Below are positions 44,939 to 57,242 of a DNA stretch of 64,000 nt, in pieces. The notes below the pieces were generated by a model. It had not been told where the DNA came from, searched no databases, and worked only from the letters and a program-made list of their open reading frames with translations. The position numbers were made by a program, and so were the translations under genes. This DNA comes from an uncultured Planctomycetaceae bacterium. GTDB lineage: Bacteria; Planctomycetota; Planctomycetia; Planctomycetales; Planctomycetaceae. Positions within the stretch are counted from its first letter, which is position 1, and every line of letters begins with the position of its first letter. Location: the NCBI GenBank assembly GCA_963813715.1, contig CAWFAK010000017.1:352001-416000 (forward strand), read 5' to 3'.

Positions 44939-47900
44939 CTAGCGGATCGTTCTCGCGATCCTGAATCCGGTGCGCGAAGTATAAATATCGGGCGAGGTCC
45001 ACGAGCGGACCGCCGATCGGATTCCGTTGCCGACCTGTGTATAAGCGCCCCCCTTTTGCATTCTTTCGTGGCTCACATCCACAATTCGGTCCCGCTCGCT
45101 CTTTCCAGGCGACTGATCGTACTCAACCGAAAATGTGTCCTGGCACCATTCCACGTGATTGCCGTAAACATCGAAGAGCCCGAAATCGTTCGGCATCAAG
45201 CTGCCCACCGGCCAGGACCGCTCGTTTGCGTTTCTCACATACCAGGCGTATCGGGGCAACAACTCCAGAGCGGAGCCGAAGAAACGGATCGACGTCGATC
45301 CCGACCGGCAGGCATATTCCCACTCCGCCTCGGTCGGCAACCGGTAACCCGTCCGGTCGAGATAGTTCGCAGGCAGCGTCATGCCGGGGCGGATTTGCTC
45401 GATTGGCGGGTAACACATCTCGGTTTCTGGAATCTGCTCACGCTCACTGAGCCAACGGCAGTATCGAGCGCCCTGGAACCAGGTCGCATAACCGACAGGA
45501 CAGTCTTTCGTCTGCCCTTCGGTGCCGGCGACGACAAACTTCGGATCGTATTTCTGCCATTGCTCGCAGGTGATCTCCGTGGCCCCGAGCGAAAATGAGC
45601 GATTGATCTTCACATGATGCTGCTTTTCGCCGCCCCAATTGCCGTTCTCGCTCGCCGGGCTGCCCATCACGAATTCCACCGGACCCGGAATCACCGTCAT
45701 CGTGTGGCCCAGGTGCGAGAGATACCAACGGCGGCCGTTCTCTGCTTTCCCCGTTGAAAGGCTTTCGTGACATCGCGTCATCTCGTCTTGTGCATTCCAG
45801 TGTCGCAGTAACCAGGCTGCTGCGCCATGGACGCCGGAATCGACGTCATTCCGGTAGTTGTCGACCATCATCGAGCGTCTCGAGGCGGCATCCTTCAGCG
45901 TGAACACGTCGGGAGGATAATGGCCCAGCGACAGGATCAGCGCGGCTTTGGCCGAGGCGTCCGATTCCACAGTCAACCGTTCCCAGACGATGTCCGGGTC
46001 GACTCCAAAATTGGCCATTCGATCAATGATGTAACTTCTTGTCGTGGGATCGGGGGTATGGCGCAACAAGGGCCAAACCTGCTGGGGCGCGCCGAGCCGG
46101 AGCAACGTTACCGCAGAGTTGGCTTGCCGTTTCGCGAGAACTTCCTTCTCGTGGTCCGTCGCCGTTTCGGACGGGTGCGTTGCGAGTTCGTTCAGAGCCA
46201 GAGCGATCGCCCGGTCCTTATACGGGGTCAACTTGTTGAACAGGACCACAAACTGAAACCGCTGACTGTCCGCCACCAGATTGAAGAGTTCGTCCGGGCG
46301 GTTGGACAAATAATCGGCCAAGGTCTCGGTGGCGAACCGGCGCGACAAGGTGTCCTGATTGCTGTCCCGAAAAATGGCGGTGAGAGGCGCGATCAGTCGA
46401 TCTTTGGCCGGGCGCAGCGCCTCGCGCCATTGCACGAGGGCCGAGGTCTCGAGAGTCACCAGACGACCCGCCACGAACGTCTCGAGCCGACCCCATCGGC
46501 CATCGTCGGGTGCGTAGGTCGCGAGCGCGCAGGCTGCCTGAAATTGGTTTTGTGCCTCCAGGCGCGGATCCAGAGCCGCCTGCCACAACGGCTCGATCAC
46601 GCTGTTCTTGTAAGGCAACAGGGCGTCCCGCACGACAACAAATTCGGTCGGCGACACCCGCAGCAGGCCATCCCGCAGGTTGTCGACTTTGCTTTGATCC
46701 ACAGGAAGCAGCGCCAAGCCCAGACGCAATTTCTTGTCGGATCTCTCGGGAGCCCGAGCGTCTTCTTGCCGGAGCAACGGATCGGTCAAGGGACGGATTT
46801 TCCCGATTTCATGCACAATTCCCGGCACTTCTCCGATCTGGGACTTGGTGAGTTCGTCCACCAGGCTCCCTGCGTTTTCCGCCTGGCGTTTCTGCTCGGT
46901 CTGCAGCGCTCGCTCATTGGCGGCGCGCTCGGCGGACGCGGCAGCGACTGCCTTGACCTTTTGCGCTTCGGCGTCGTGCTGGGCCTCGATGGCTTGAAGC
47001 ATTTCCCACGTCGTCCCGGCGATGCCCAAGAACAAGCGCCAGCCCGATCAGTCCGACCGCAACGACGAGCCTGCGGTTCCGGCGGACGAACTTTCGCAGC
47101 CGATAGCCCGCGGACGGTGATCGGGCCTCCACCACTTCGTCAGCCAGGTAGCGCTGGAGGTCGCGAGCCAGGCCGTTGGCCGTCTCGTACCTTCGGGAGC
47201 GTTCCTTCTCCAGGGATTTCATCACAACCCAGTCCAGATCGCCGCGCACCAGGCGCGTCAACTGCGCCGGCTCGAGGCTCCGCTGCGCGGCAATCAAGGG
47301 CAAAGAATCCGAGCCGCTGAGCCGGGCGCTCGGCTTCCTGGGCTCCTCTTCTTTGATGAGTCGCACGATCTCTGGCCAAGGGGTTTCTTTGAACCGCTGT
47401 CGATCGAGAGGCGTCGTTCCGGTCAAGATCTCGTACAGGATCACCCCGAGTGAATAGATGTCGCTGCGCGTATCGACGTCGAGGTTATTGAACTCGGCCT
47501 GCTCGGGACTCATGTACGTGGGCGTGCCGACCATGATCCCATGCGCCGTGTACAAGGTGTGCTCCGTGAGCGGTTGATTCACCGCCTTGGCCAGACCGAA
47601 GTCGATCACCTTCGGGACCGGAGAACCGTCGTAAAGGCAGACCAGGATGTTCGACGGTTTCAAATCGCGATGGATGATTCCTTTTTGGTGCGCGTGCTGC
47701 ACCGCCTGGCAAACCTGCACGAACAGGTTGAGACGCGCCTCGATCGTCAGCCGGGCCTGATCGCAATACGCGGTAATCGGCACGCCCTTCACGTATTCCA
47801 TCGCGAAGAACGGGTGACCGTCATCCGCAACCCCGCCATCGAGCACTTTGGCGATGTTCGGATGATCCATGAGTGCCAGAGCTTGGCGCTCGAGCTCGAA

Positions 47901-48288
47901 TCGCGACAGCACCTGCCGGCTGTCCATGCCCGGTTTGATCAACTTGATCGCCACGCGCCGGCGAACGGGTTCCGTCTGCTCCGCGACCCAGACCGTGCCC
48001 ATTCCGCCTTCACCGATCTCTTCCAACAGCCGGTAACGGCTTCCGATCATCTTGCCGGCAGAAGCTGTCCTGGAATCGATCATGGTCTCGAGAATTCTGC
48101 CGGCGATGTCCCTGAGACCCCCGGGCAAGTCGGTTGCCTGGTGCTGCGCGAAGAAGCTCTTCGACTCGTTCTCGGAGCTCCGCATCACCCGCGCACTGCG
48201 CTTTCAAGATCTCGGCGCGCTGAACCGGGTCTGTCGACGCCACGGCTGCCAAGAAGACCGCTTGAACGCGATTTGGATTAATCGGCAC
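44939..48288 (-). CDS. Ser/Thr protein kinase with C-terminal FGE-sulfatase (SUMF1) domain (frameshifts near 48145 and 47030)
   Basis: Kinase motifs: IGEGGMGTVW, VAIKLIK, HRDLKPSN, IDFGLAK, GTPTYMSPEQ. Then a TM segment. FGE motifs: FVMGSP, YRLPTEAEWEYACRSG, PNDFGLFDVYGNHVEWCQD, GFRIART. Confidence 0.92.
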
Positions 48289-48694
48289 GAAAGCCTCCCG
48301 ATGATGTCGTGGCGACATCGGCAGACCGTACAGTAAGACGATCCTCGGAGGGGGAGTCGCCAGTCACCGTCGGCGTAGGCGACGCCGGTATCTCGTTCGG
48401 CGGATCTTTCGCGACCGGTAGGGAGAACCTGCGTTAGCCCATTAAGCTACGGCGCGCGATACGGCCACCGCAATGAAGAATTACGTTGACCGTCAAGAGA
48501 GGGTTGGCGGCTCAGAAGAGACTAATGCGGGAGGATTCGCCCGCTCGTTAAATCACTGTAAGAAATCTTCGCCCGCTGAGGGCGCGAGCAATCACCTGGG
48601 GAGGCGGGAGCTCGCCTTTTCGCAATCTGAATTTAGCCGCGGGCGCATTGCCTCTCGGCGCAGCCGCTCCGTTCTGCGATTCCCGCCGTATTTC

Positions 48695-50407
48695 TTATTC
48701 CTGCATGCTTTCCATCCAGGCATGGCGCAGCACGACTTCCGGGTCGTCGCCGGCGCCGGAGTTGGTGAACATCACAGCGTCGACGTCGTCCGGGAAATGA
48801 TAGAGCGAGCTGCGTAAGGTTCCTGCGCGAGTTGGGCCTCTTTCCTTCGTCCCAGGACCAGCCGCCGTTTTTCTCCCAGCCGGGATAGGAAATGTCCCAG
48901 CCCAACAGATCTTTATACATCATCTTCGTCGTGGCCGGGCTCAGCACCTTGTGGTCGCGCAGGCCAACGAGAAAACGGCTCATGTCGCGGATCGAGGCGT
49001 ACCAGCCGTCGGGGCCGGCCGTCTTCGCGCAGTCCCAGTCGAAGGGGAAACCCGGGCCTTTACTTCCCGGTTTGCCGTAGCCGCACGTGGGCTGGTGGGC
49101 CTCGAAGTGCGTCTCCATCCGCGTGATGCCCATCGGACGGAGCACGTGCTCTTTGACATAAGAGGTGTATTCGACCTTGCCGATCTTTTCCATGACGAGC
49201 CGGGCGATGTAGTAGTTGTTGTTGTCGTAGGCCTGGTTGGTCCCCGGCTGATGTTCGAGCGGTTGTTCGAGAAGCTTTTCGACGTCCTTGGGAGTGTTGC
49301 ATCCGTCGACTTTCTTGAAGCCGCTTTTGTGCTGCAGCAGTTGACGGATCGTCACCTTTTTCGCGCCGGCGCTGGCCCGCGGGCAGATGGCCCGGATGTG
49401 CGGCCAGAACGGGGCGTCGAGCGAGAACTTCTTGTCGCGTTCTTCCCACAGCCTCAGGAGGGCCACCGCGGTGACCGTCTTGGAGACGCTGGCCACTCCC
49501 ATCGGCTTTTCGACGGTCCATTTGACGCTTGGATCCTGGGGCTGCCACGGTGCGCGGGCCCAACCTTCGGCACCTTCCGCCACGACTTTGCCTTTTTGCA
49601 GGACCGCGAACGCGTAGCCGCCGGGCCAGTCGGCCTCGTGGTGCCGACGGATCACGGAAGTCCATTTTTCAAAATCGTGTGCGCCGACCTCAGGGGCCAC
49701 GGCGACCCAGTGCAATGAGTGCTGTTGCTGGTCGAGTTTGGCGATCATCTTGGACGCGGGATGATTCGGGTCGCTGGTCCACCAGCCGTTGCTGGTGAGA
49801 CAGATCCAGGTGCCGTTCGGCGCGAAGCAGACGCAACGCACCGCCAGATTCTGCTTGATGGCGTTGTTCAAGACCTTGTCCAGCTCGTCGGGGACGTTGC
49901 CGAAGCGGACGCCCGTCTGGTCGAACAGCAAAACCCAGGCGCCTTTGGGGCCGAAGGCGAGCGAGCGGAGCGTGCTGCCGGCCTTCGCGACTTCCTGCAT
50001 CCCTTGAAACGCCGCATCCGGGATGGCCCCGATCGTCCAGTTTCCATTCTGGTTCCACAAAAGAGTCCAGCCGCCCGAAGGGGCGAAGGCCGCGCAATGG
50101 ATCGTGTTCTTTCCCTTTTGTAACTCGGCGAGTTTCTTGCAGGCCGGCAAGTCGGCTTTGTTGGTGTAAAATCCGTGGCCTTCCGGCAGGATGACCCAGT
50201 CGCCGGTGAGCGCAAAGCTCACGCTCTGAAACGCGTGCTGCTTCTGGAGAGCAGCGAGCTTCCTGCAAACCGGCGCGGCCTGGTTGTTGGTCCAGAAGGC
50301 ATTTCCCTCGCCGAGAATGACGAAGTCGCTGTCGGCACGCGCGGCCGCAGCAATGGCCAAGCAGGCGACTGACAAGTGGACAAGGGCGAGGCGACGGGTC
50401 TGCATGC
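48695..50407 (-). CDS. Beta-lactamase-family serine hydrolase with N-terminal repeat domain (frameshift near 48815)
   Basis: Signal peptide; SxxK (ASVSKT); TIRQLLQHKSG; YxN (YDNNNY); VLRPMGI. Stop TAA at 48695-48697. Confidence 0.85.
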
Positions 50408-51204
50408 GACTCATTCCAATTTGTGAGCGAAAGCAAGTGCACTGAATGAGCCGACATTTCCCAAATGGATTTCTCAGTCGACGCTCATCACCCGACGCGA
50501 AACGTGCGGATGGCGGTGTCCTCGGCCCGTGCATGCACGGCCAAACCGTTCCGAGCAATGCCGACACCGGCAAACAGCAAAAGGCCGAAGGCGCCCGCGG
50601 CAGACCGAACGTTCGTCAGTCGGAACATGATCCGTCCCCCGTTCGACGTGTGCTTTGAGTGCGATTGCCAGATGCCGCTAGCGTACCGGTCGAATCGCCC
50701 GTTGCCAAATCGGCGTGTTAACGATCGCCGGCATGCGCGAACTCGGCGATTTCGCCTCGGTCCCCAGCTCTGTTTGGGCCCGCTTCGGTTCTCAACGCCG
50801 TGCTGGAGAGCTCGTTTGGTTGCGATGCCGCAACGAAGCCCCGCGTCAATAGTCTGACCAGCCACACGGATTGTGGCGTTTTGCACGTCATTCTGCGTGA
50901 GTCGGTCCGACATAGCTGCGTTCGGTCGATGTGACCGACGCTGCGCAACTCTAAAGGTTGGCGATTCCGCGAAATCGGTCGTTTTTCGCCGACTACAGAT
51001 ACGCTTGAGATTGTGGGACCGGGCACAGAGGGAAGAAGTGGCCAACGGCACGCGGGCTATGCGGGAGGCGGCCACACCGTCATGGCTTCTGCCGGCATTG
51101 CGATGCGGTGGGCATTGTGCGCTCGGCGAGGTCTTGCGCCCGAGGCGGCCGTTTCTGGAGGTAAGAGGGGCGGGCAACCTCCACTAGGAGCAGCCGCTTT
51201 TACC

Positions 51205-51540
51205 TCACCACGCGAGCTTCCGTATTTCCGGGTCAGTGATTGCCTTAAGGATCTCCTCCCTGAACCTGAAGAACCATGGGAGATTGTAAGGGTTCGCGAT
51301 GTCGCCCGGCACCACGCCGTCGCTTGGCAGTCGCGCTCTCAGGTGACCACAGATCCACTGGATAGCTGACGATTGCTCCGTGGGGGATAGCCCCGGGGCA
51401 GGGTCAGTAACTGCTCGTTGATCGGTGGTGAGTAGCCGCGTTTTCTGAACTCGTGCGGCAACCACTTCCAGTAGGCGCGAAATCCCGATCGAGGTAGAAG
51501 TGAAGCCGCATTACCGCCTTGCTGAAGTGCCCCAAAGCAA
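51205..51540 (-). pseudogene. C-terminal fragment of a DUF4037-like protein
   Basis: Across a frameshift it reads [20 protein letters not shown](Y)[10 protein letters not shown]...AIQWICGHLRARL; no own start. Confidence 0.45.
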
Positions 51541-51838
51541 TTATGGCTCCCAGCGGGGCATATTTGGCGACGCCCGCATTGGCAAACACGACGTCGAGCC
51601 TCCCTTTCTCGCGCTTGATCTGGGTGAACAGTCGATCGAGATCGTCAAGGTTTGATGCGTCTGCGCGGACGGCTGTGATGTTGCGTCCGATCTCCTGGGC
51701 GGCCTTCGCCAGCTCGGCCTCTCGCCGGCCCGTGATGAAGACGTAGGCGCCTTCGTTCACAAACTGCTTCGCCGTGGCGAGGCCGATCCCGCTGCTGCCG
51801 CCCGTCACGAGAGCGATTTTTCCCTCGAGCTTGGCCAT
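51540..51838 (-). pseudogene. Truncated SDR oxidoreductase (N-terminal ~100 aa)
   Basis: [19 protein letters not shown]...[21 protein letters not shown], then an abrupt switch to unrelated sequence; catalytic YxxxK is missing. Confidence 0.82.
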
Positions 51839-51940
51839 GTTCGTTCTCCATCGTTGTGAGTGGCCGGTGACGACTGCCACTCGTTGCCAGGAACAGACGC
51901 GAACCGAGAATCATCACGCCTGATGGCTCATTGAAGCGGG

Positions 51941-51995
51941 CATATGCATGTTTCAGGCCACAAAAACGAAGAAAAGCAAGTTGTGCTGGGCCGCG
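51941..51995. promoter_or_regulatory. Degenerate copy of the MarR operator/promoter unit
   Basis: CATATGCATGTTTCAGGCCACAAAAAC...AAGTTGTG upstream of the SDR; matches 58720 and 60316. Confidence 0.6.
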
Positions 51996-52000
51996 GCATT

Positions 52001-52488
52001 TCATTCAATCGCCTTGGTCACGAGCTGCTCCAATTTGCGGTCGAGCATGAGGGCGACTTCCGTCACCTTGGCATTGCCGAATTGGCCGAACTGAGACGAC
52101 GGTTTGTCGTATTCCACACACGTTCTGCCATGTTCGGTCTGATAGATGAGCACTCGCAACGGGGCGAAAGGCTGGCCCGGATGTCGTGTCGCGTCATCTG
52201 GAGAGCGAACAAGGGATTTCCAAGCAGATACTGGATCGACTTTCTCTTCTGGCCGGCGAGGCGAAGGAGAGCACCGTGATCGGTGGTCCTGAAGAGCATG
52301 AACCCGCTCGAGCCTTCCATCGCCTTGATCTTCGCCCGCGCCTCATCAGGATCGATGCCCGAGTTAAGCTGTTGATAAGCGCTCGGATCGAAGTGGCCGA
52401 GCTGCTGCTCAAAGGCGTTGGTGACTTTTTCAAATGGCGTTTCGGTCGCCACGCGGACGTGTTCAACGGTGATGCGAGTGACATCCAT
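52001..52488 (-). CDS. DUF302 domain protein (frameshift near 52165)
   Basis: MDVTRITVEHVRV...SGFMLFRTTDHGALL...QYLLGNPLFALQMTRHDIRA. Confidence 0.8.
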
Positions 52489-52643
52489 CGGATTACTTCT
52501 TTGCGGTTTCGGGACGGACTGATTTTGAAAAGCGATGCCGACGACAGCGAAAACCAAGGGAAGGCCAGCAACCGCCGTGAAAACCAACGGGAGACCTGCA
52601 ATCGCACTTTTTTCTTCTGTACACATGGCTAACCTCCAACGTG

Positions 52644-53760
52644 TTACTCTCGAGTGAGCAGGAAGCGCCGGCCATGGCTCCTGCGGCACAGATGCTGATG
52701 AGTCCGTAGCGGCGTTTCGCCGCGACATTTCGTTGGCCAGCGTCGTCAGAATTCGTCCGCCGGTTGCGGACCACGGATGCCCGACAGCAATCGAGCTGCC
52801 ATTCACGTTGACCCGATCCCAGTTCACGGGGCTCGTGGCCGGCCCTTTCCAACCCTGCTCCCACGCCGCGGCATTCGCGAGCACCTGCGCGGCGAAGGCC
52901 TCGTGGATCTCGATCAGGTCGATATCGGCAAGTCGAAGTCCGACACGATCGAGCAGACGAGGCACCGTAATGGCGGGCGCCATGAGCAGCCCTTCGCTCG
53001 GATGCAGCGCTGCGTACTCCATGGCCTCGATGAAGGCCAGCGGCCGCCGGCCCTCGAGCCGTGCGCGTTCTACCATGAGGAGGACGGCGGATGCGCCGTC
53101 GGTGACCGGAGACGAGTTGCCGGCAGTCAGCGTCCCTTGGGGATCGAACGCGGGCTTGAGCGAAGCGAGCTGTTCCAGCGACGTATGGGCACGCGGGCCG
53201 GTATCCGCGCTGACGCCCCCCAAGGGCACAATCTCTTGTGCGAGACGCTCGAGTGCTGACACGGCGTTCCGGTGGCTGGCCAGTGCGATCTCATCCTGGC
53301 GGGCCCGCGAAATGCCCCACTCCTTGCGCGTGAGTTCGGTGTGCTGGCCCATCGAGAGTCCAGTGGTTGGCTCGTTGAACGTCGTCGGATCCGATCCGCT
53401 CAGCCATTCCACGCCACCCGCGATGCCCGCTTCGATCCTGTCCTCCGAGATGGCGTCAGCAATGATGGTCGCCGAGTGCAAGCCGGTGATGCAGTAGGAT
53501 GAAACTGTTTGAGCCTCGATCCGGGCGGGCAGACCTGTTTCTAACACGATTTCGCGTGCGAGATTGGGTTTGCCGCGCTCGGGAACGACCGCACCGAACG
53601 CGAGGGCATCGACGTTCTCGGGATTGATCCGATGGCGTTCGAGCAACCCCTGCACCGCGTGCTTGGCCAGCGCCAAGGGCCCCATTGAGGCGAACTCCTT
53701 TCCTGACTTCACAAACGGCGTGCGAGCACCGGCAACAATGGCAACTCGGGGAATACTCAT
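52644..53760 (-). CDS. Acetyl-CoA C-acyltransferase (thiolase) (frameshifts near 3' end)
   Basis: ARTPFVK; SSYCITG (catalytic Cys); TAGNSSPVTDGAS; IEIHEAFAAQ; NGSSIAVGHPWSATG; SICAAG in the shifted frame. Confidence 0.9.
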
Positions 53761-53775
53761 ATCTTTACGTCGCTC

Positions 53776-56700
53776 TTAGTTGAGGGAAGCTGCGACCGAT
53801 GACTGCGAAACTGCGGGTTCAACCCTTCGTTTGGTAAGCCAGTCGACCGTGTAGAAGAACACCGGCGTCAGGAAGATGCCGAACAGAGTCACGCCGAAGG
53901 CGCCCCACAGCATGGCCGTGCCCACCGAGCGGCGCATCTCCGCGCCGGCGCCCGACGCGAAGTACGGCGGCACCATGTGGATGAAGCACAACGTCGTCAT
54001 CACGATCGGCCGCAGCCGCACCCGGGCGGCCTCCACGGCGGCGTCGAACCGAGACGAACCCTCCAGCTGGCGGTCGCGGGCGAACTCGACGATCAGGATG
54101 GCGTTCTTGCAGGCCAGGCCGATCAGCACCACGAAGCCGATCTGCGTGAAGAGGTTGTTGTCCAGTCCGCGGGCGGCGACGCCGGCGAGCGCGCACAGCA
54201 CGCACATCGGCACGACCAGGATCACCGCCAGCGGCAGCGACCAGCCCTCGTACAGGCCGGCCAGCACGAAGAAGACCAGCACCGCCCCCAGCACGAAGGC
54301 GCTGAACGGGTTCTGCCGCAGGTCGCGGAACTGCTCGATCTTGCTGGACTGCTTCTGCAGGTAGCTCAGCTCGGTCCATTCGTAGGTCATGTTGCGCGGC
54401 AGCTCCTTGTCCGCCAGCGCTTCCATCGTCCGCAGGACCTCGCCGGTGCTGGTCCCCGGCTGCCAGGAGCCGGTGATCGTCGCCGCCGGGAACATGTTGT
54501 AGCGGGTGATCGTCACCGGGCCGGCGGATTCGCGGACGTCGATCACCGCGCCCAGCGGCACCATGTCGCCGTCGGCATTGCGGACCTTCATTTTCTTGAC
54601 GGTCTCCGCGTCCATGCGGAAGGGGGCGTCGGCCTGGATGTTGACCTGCCAGGTGCGGCCGAAGCGGTTGAAGTCGTTGACGTAGTAGCTGCCCAGGTAC
54701 GCCTGCAGCGCGTCGAAGACGTCGCTGACCGCCACCCCCATCGTCTTGACCTTGGTCCGGTCGATGTCCGCGTAGAGCTGGGGCGTGCGGGCACGGAAGC
54801 CGTTGAACAGGCCGACCAGGCCGGGCTGCTGATTGCCCTGGGCGGCCAGGCTGTCCGCCCGGGCCTGGAGCGCGTCGTAGTTGACGTCGCCGATGGCTTC
54901 CACCATCAGCTTGAAGCCGCCGGCGTTGCCGAGGCCGCGCACCGCCGGCGCCTCGAAAACCAGCACGCGGGCCTCGGGAACCTCGCGCCGGAGGCGTGCG
55001 CGGAGACGGGCCGCGATGGCCTCGGCGGTGAGCGAGGGATGCCGGCGTTCGTGGAACGGCTTGAGCATGACGAACATGTTGCCGTAGTTCGAGCTGTTGG
55101 CATTGAGGACGAACGACGTTCCCGGGACGGCACCGTGTGGGCAACGCCGGGCGTATCGAGGGCAATCTTCTCGATCGCGTCGGTCACCTCGAGCGGTGCG
55201 TTCCAGCGACGCCGAGTCGGGCAACTGGATATTCACGACCAGGTAGCCCTTGTCCTGGCTGGGAATGAAGCCGCTGGGGACGCGTGTGAAGCCGAAGCCG
55301 GTCAGGCCGATCAGGCCGACGTAGACCAACAGCACGATGACGCTGAGGCGGAGGCACCAGCCCACGGTCTTGCCGTAGGCTCGCGTCACCCGCTCGAAGA
55401 CCCAGTTGAAGCCGCGGAAGAAATTGCCCAGGGCCCAGTTCACGGGCCGGATAAGCAACCAGCCAAGGATGCCTCCCGCGAGCGCGCCAGGAAGAAAGAG
55501 GACGACGGGAGATCCCCCACGTCAGCAAGGTGGCCTTCAGTCCGCCGGGCGCCGCCTCGCCGCTCTCGTCTCGCCCACGGGCAGGCCCAGCCAGACGCCC
55601 AGTGTCGGCGCCAGCAGCCACACGGTCGCCAGTCCGCCGAACAGGGCAAAGCTCCACCACGGCAGCGCTTCTTTGCCCTGGTCGCCATGCTGGCCGGGCT
55701 TGCGGCCGGCGAAGATCCAGACCGCCCGCGCCGGCGTCATGGTCATGGCGTTGATGGCCGAGATAATCATCGACACCGAAATGGTCAGGGCGAACTGGCG
55801 GAAGAACTGGCCGGTGATGCCGCCGAGGAACGCGCTGGGCAGAAGCACCGAGCTGAACACCAGCGTGATGGCGAAGATCGGCCCGGTGATCTCGTTCATG
55901 GCCTTGATCGTGGCTTCGCGCACGGGCAGGCCCTTGTCCAGCCAGCGCTCGATGTTCTCCAGGACGACGATGGCGTCATCCACCACGATGCCGATCGCCA
56001 GCACCAGCCCGAACAACGTCAGGTTATTCAGAGAAAAGCCCATCAGGCCCATGACGGCGAAGGTGCCGACCAGGGAGACCGCCACGTCGATCACCGGCAG
56101 CAGCAGGGCTTTCCAGTCTTGCAAGAACAGCAGGATGACGAGGGAGACCAGGATGACCGACTCCGCAGGGTATTGAACACCTCGTTGACGGATTCGCGAA
56201 TGAACGGCGTGGTGTCGAAGGCGATGAGGTAACGGAGCCCCTTGGGGAAGCGGGTTTCCAGCTCGCGCATCTTGGCCTTGATGCCGTCGGCGGTGTCCAG
56301 GGCGTTCGAGCCGGGCAGCTGAAAGACGACCACGCCCGGCGACGGCCGGCCGTCCAGACGTCCCAGCTGTGTCCTGGTTGCTGGCCCCCAGCTCGGTCCG
56401 GCTCACGTCTTTGAGGTAGGTGACTTCTCCGTCGGTGCCGGTCTTGAGGACGATGTTCGCGAATTGTTCCGCCTCGACCAGCCGGCCGAGGGTGCTCAGG
56501 GTGTACTGAAAATCCTGGCCCGGGGGACCGGCGGTTGACCGATCTGGCCGGCGGCCACCTGCACGTTCTGCTCGCGCAGGACCCGGATCACGTCGCCGAC
56601 GGTCAGGTTCCGCGACTCGAGCTTGTCCGGGTCGAGCCAGACGCGCATGCTGTAGTCCTGCTGGCCGAGGATGGCCACGTCGCCGACGCCCTCCACGCGG

Positions 56701-57221
56701 GCCATGGCGTCCTTGATGTTGATCGTGGCGTAGTTACTCAGGTAGAGCGGGTCGTAATACGGGCGGCCGGTTTCCGGAGTTGTCCTCGGAATACAGATTG
56801 ATGCCCAGCAGAATGTCCGGGGACCGTTTCTTCACCGCCACGCCGATGGTCTGGACCACATCGGGGAGCGTTGGCGTGGCGATGGCGACACGGTTCTGCA
56901 CCAGCACCTGGGCCATGTTCACGTTGGTGCCAATCTCGAAGGTCACGTCCAGCGTGTACGAGCCATCGTTGTTGCTCTGCGACGACATGTACAGCATCCC
57001 TTCCACGCCGATGACCTGCTGCTCGATCGGCGCGGCCACGGTGTCGGCCACGACCTGGGCGTTGGCGCCGGGGTAGCTGGCTGTCACCTGACGGTCGGCG
57101 GCTGGATCTCCGGGTACTCGGCGACCGGCAAGAAGCCCGCCGAGATCGCCCCGAGCAGCACGATGACAATCGAGATCACCCACGCCAGGACCGGTCTATC
57201 GATGAAGAAACGTGCCAGCAC
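53776..57221 (-). CDS. RND (HAE1) efflux permease 4 (several frameshifts)
   Basis: Fragments: [63 protein letters not shown]. Confidence 0.88.
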
Positions 57222-57242
57222 GACACTTCCCCAAGAGGGAGA

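Noticed and set aside
44576..44942. Possible frameshifted ~120-aa protein convergent with the kinase
   Set aside because: Coding-like in part, but it needs an assumed frameshift and no family is recognisable.
44939..45080. FGE-domain C-terminus as the variable region of a diversity-generating retroelement
   Set aside because: No template repeat, reverse transcriptase or avd gene is seen in the window, and kinase-FGE proteins are common in planctomycetes. A remote DGR cannot be excluded.
50488..50631. Signal-peptide-like fragment MFRLTNVRSAAGAFGLLLFAG
   Set aside because: It stops after about 46 codons; possibly a gene remnant, but too little evidence to call.
52063..53760. Thiolase-DUF302 fusion (565-aa ORF)
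   Set aside because: The thiolase C-terminal motif SICAAG and a stop lie in other frames, so the fusion is an indel artefact.
53977..56232. Long antisense ORFs (also 246-1637, 16235-17956, 17926-19557, 43997-45598, 45827-47320)
   Set aside because: These are shadow ORFs of GC-rich genes on the opposite strand, with no recognisable motifs.
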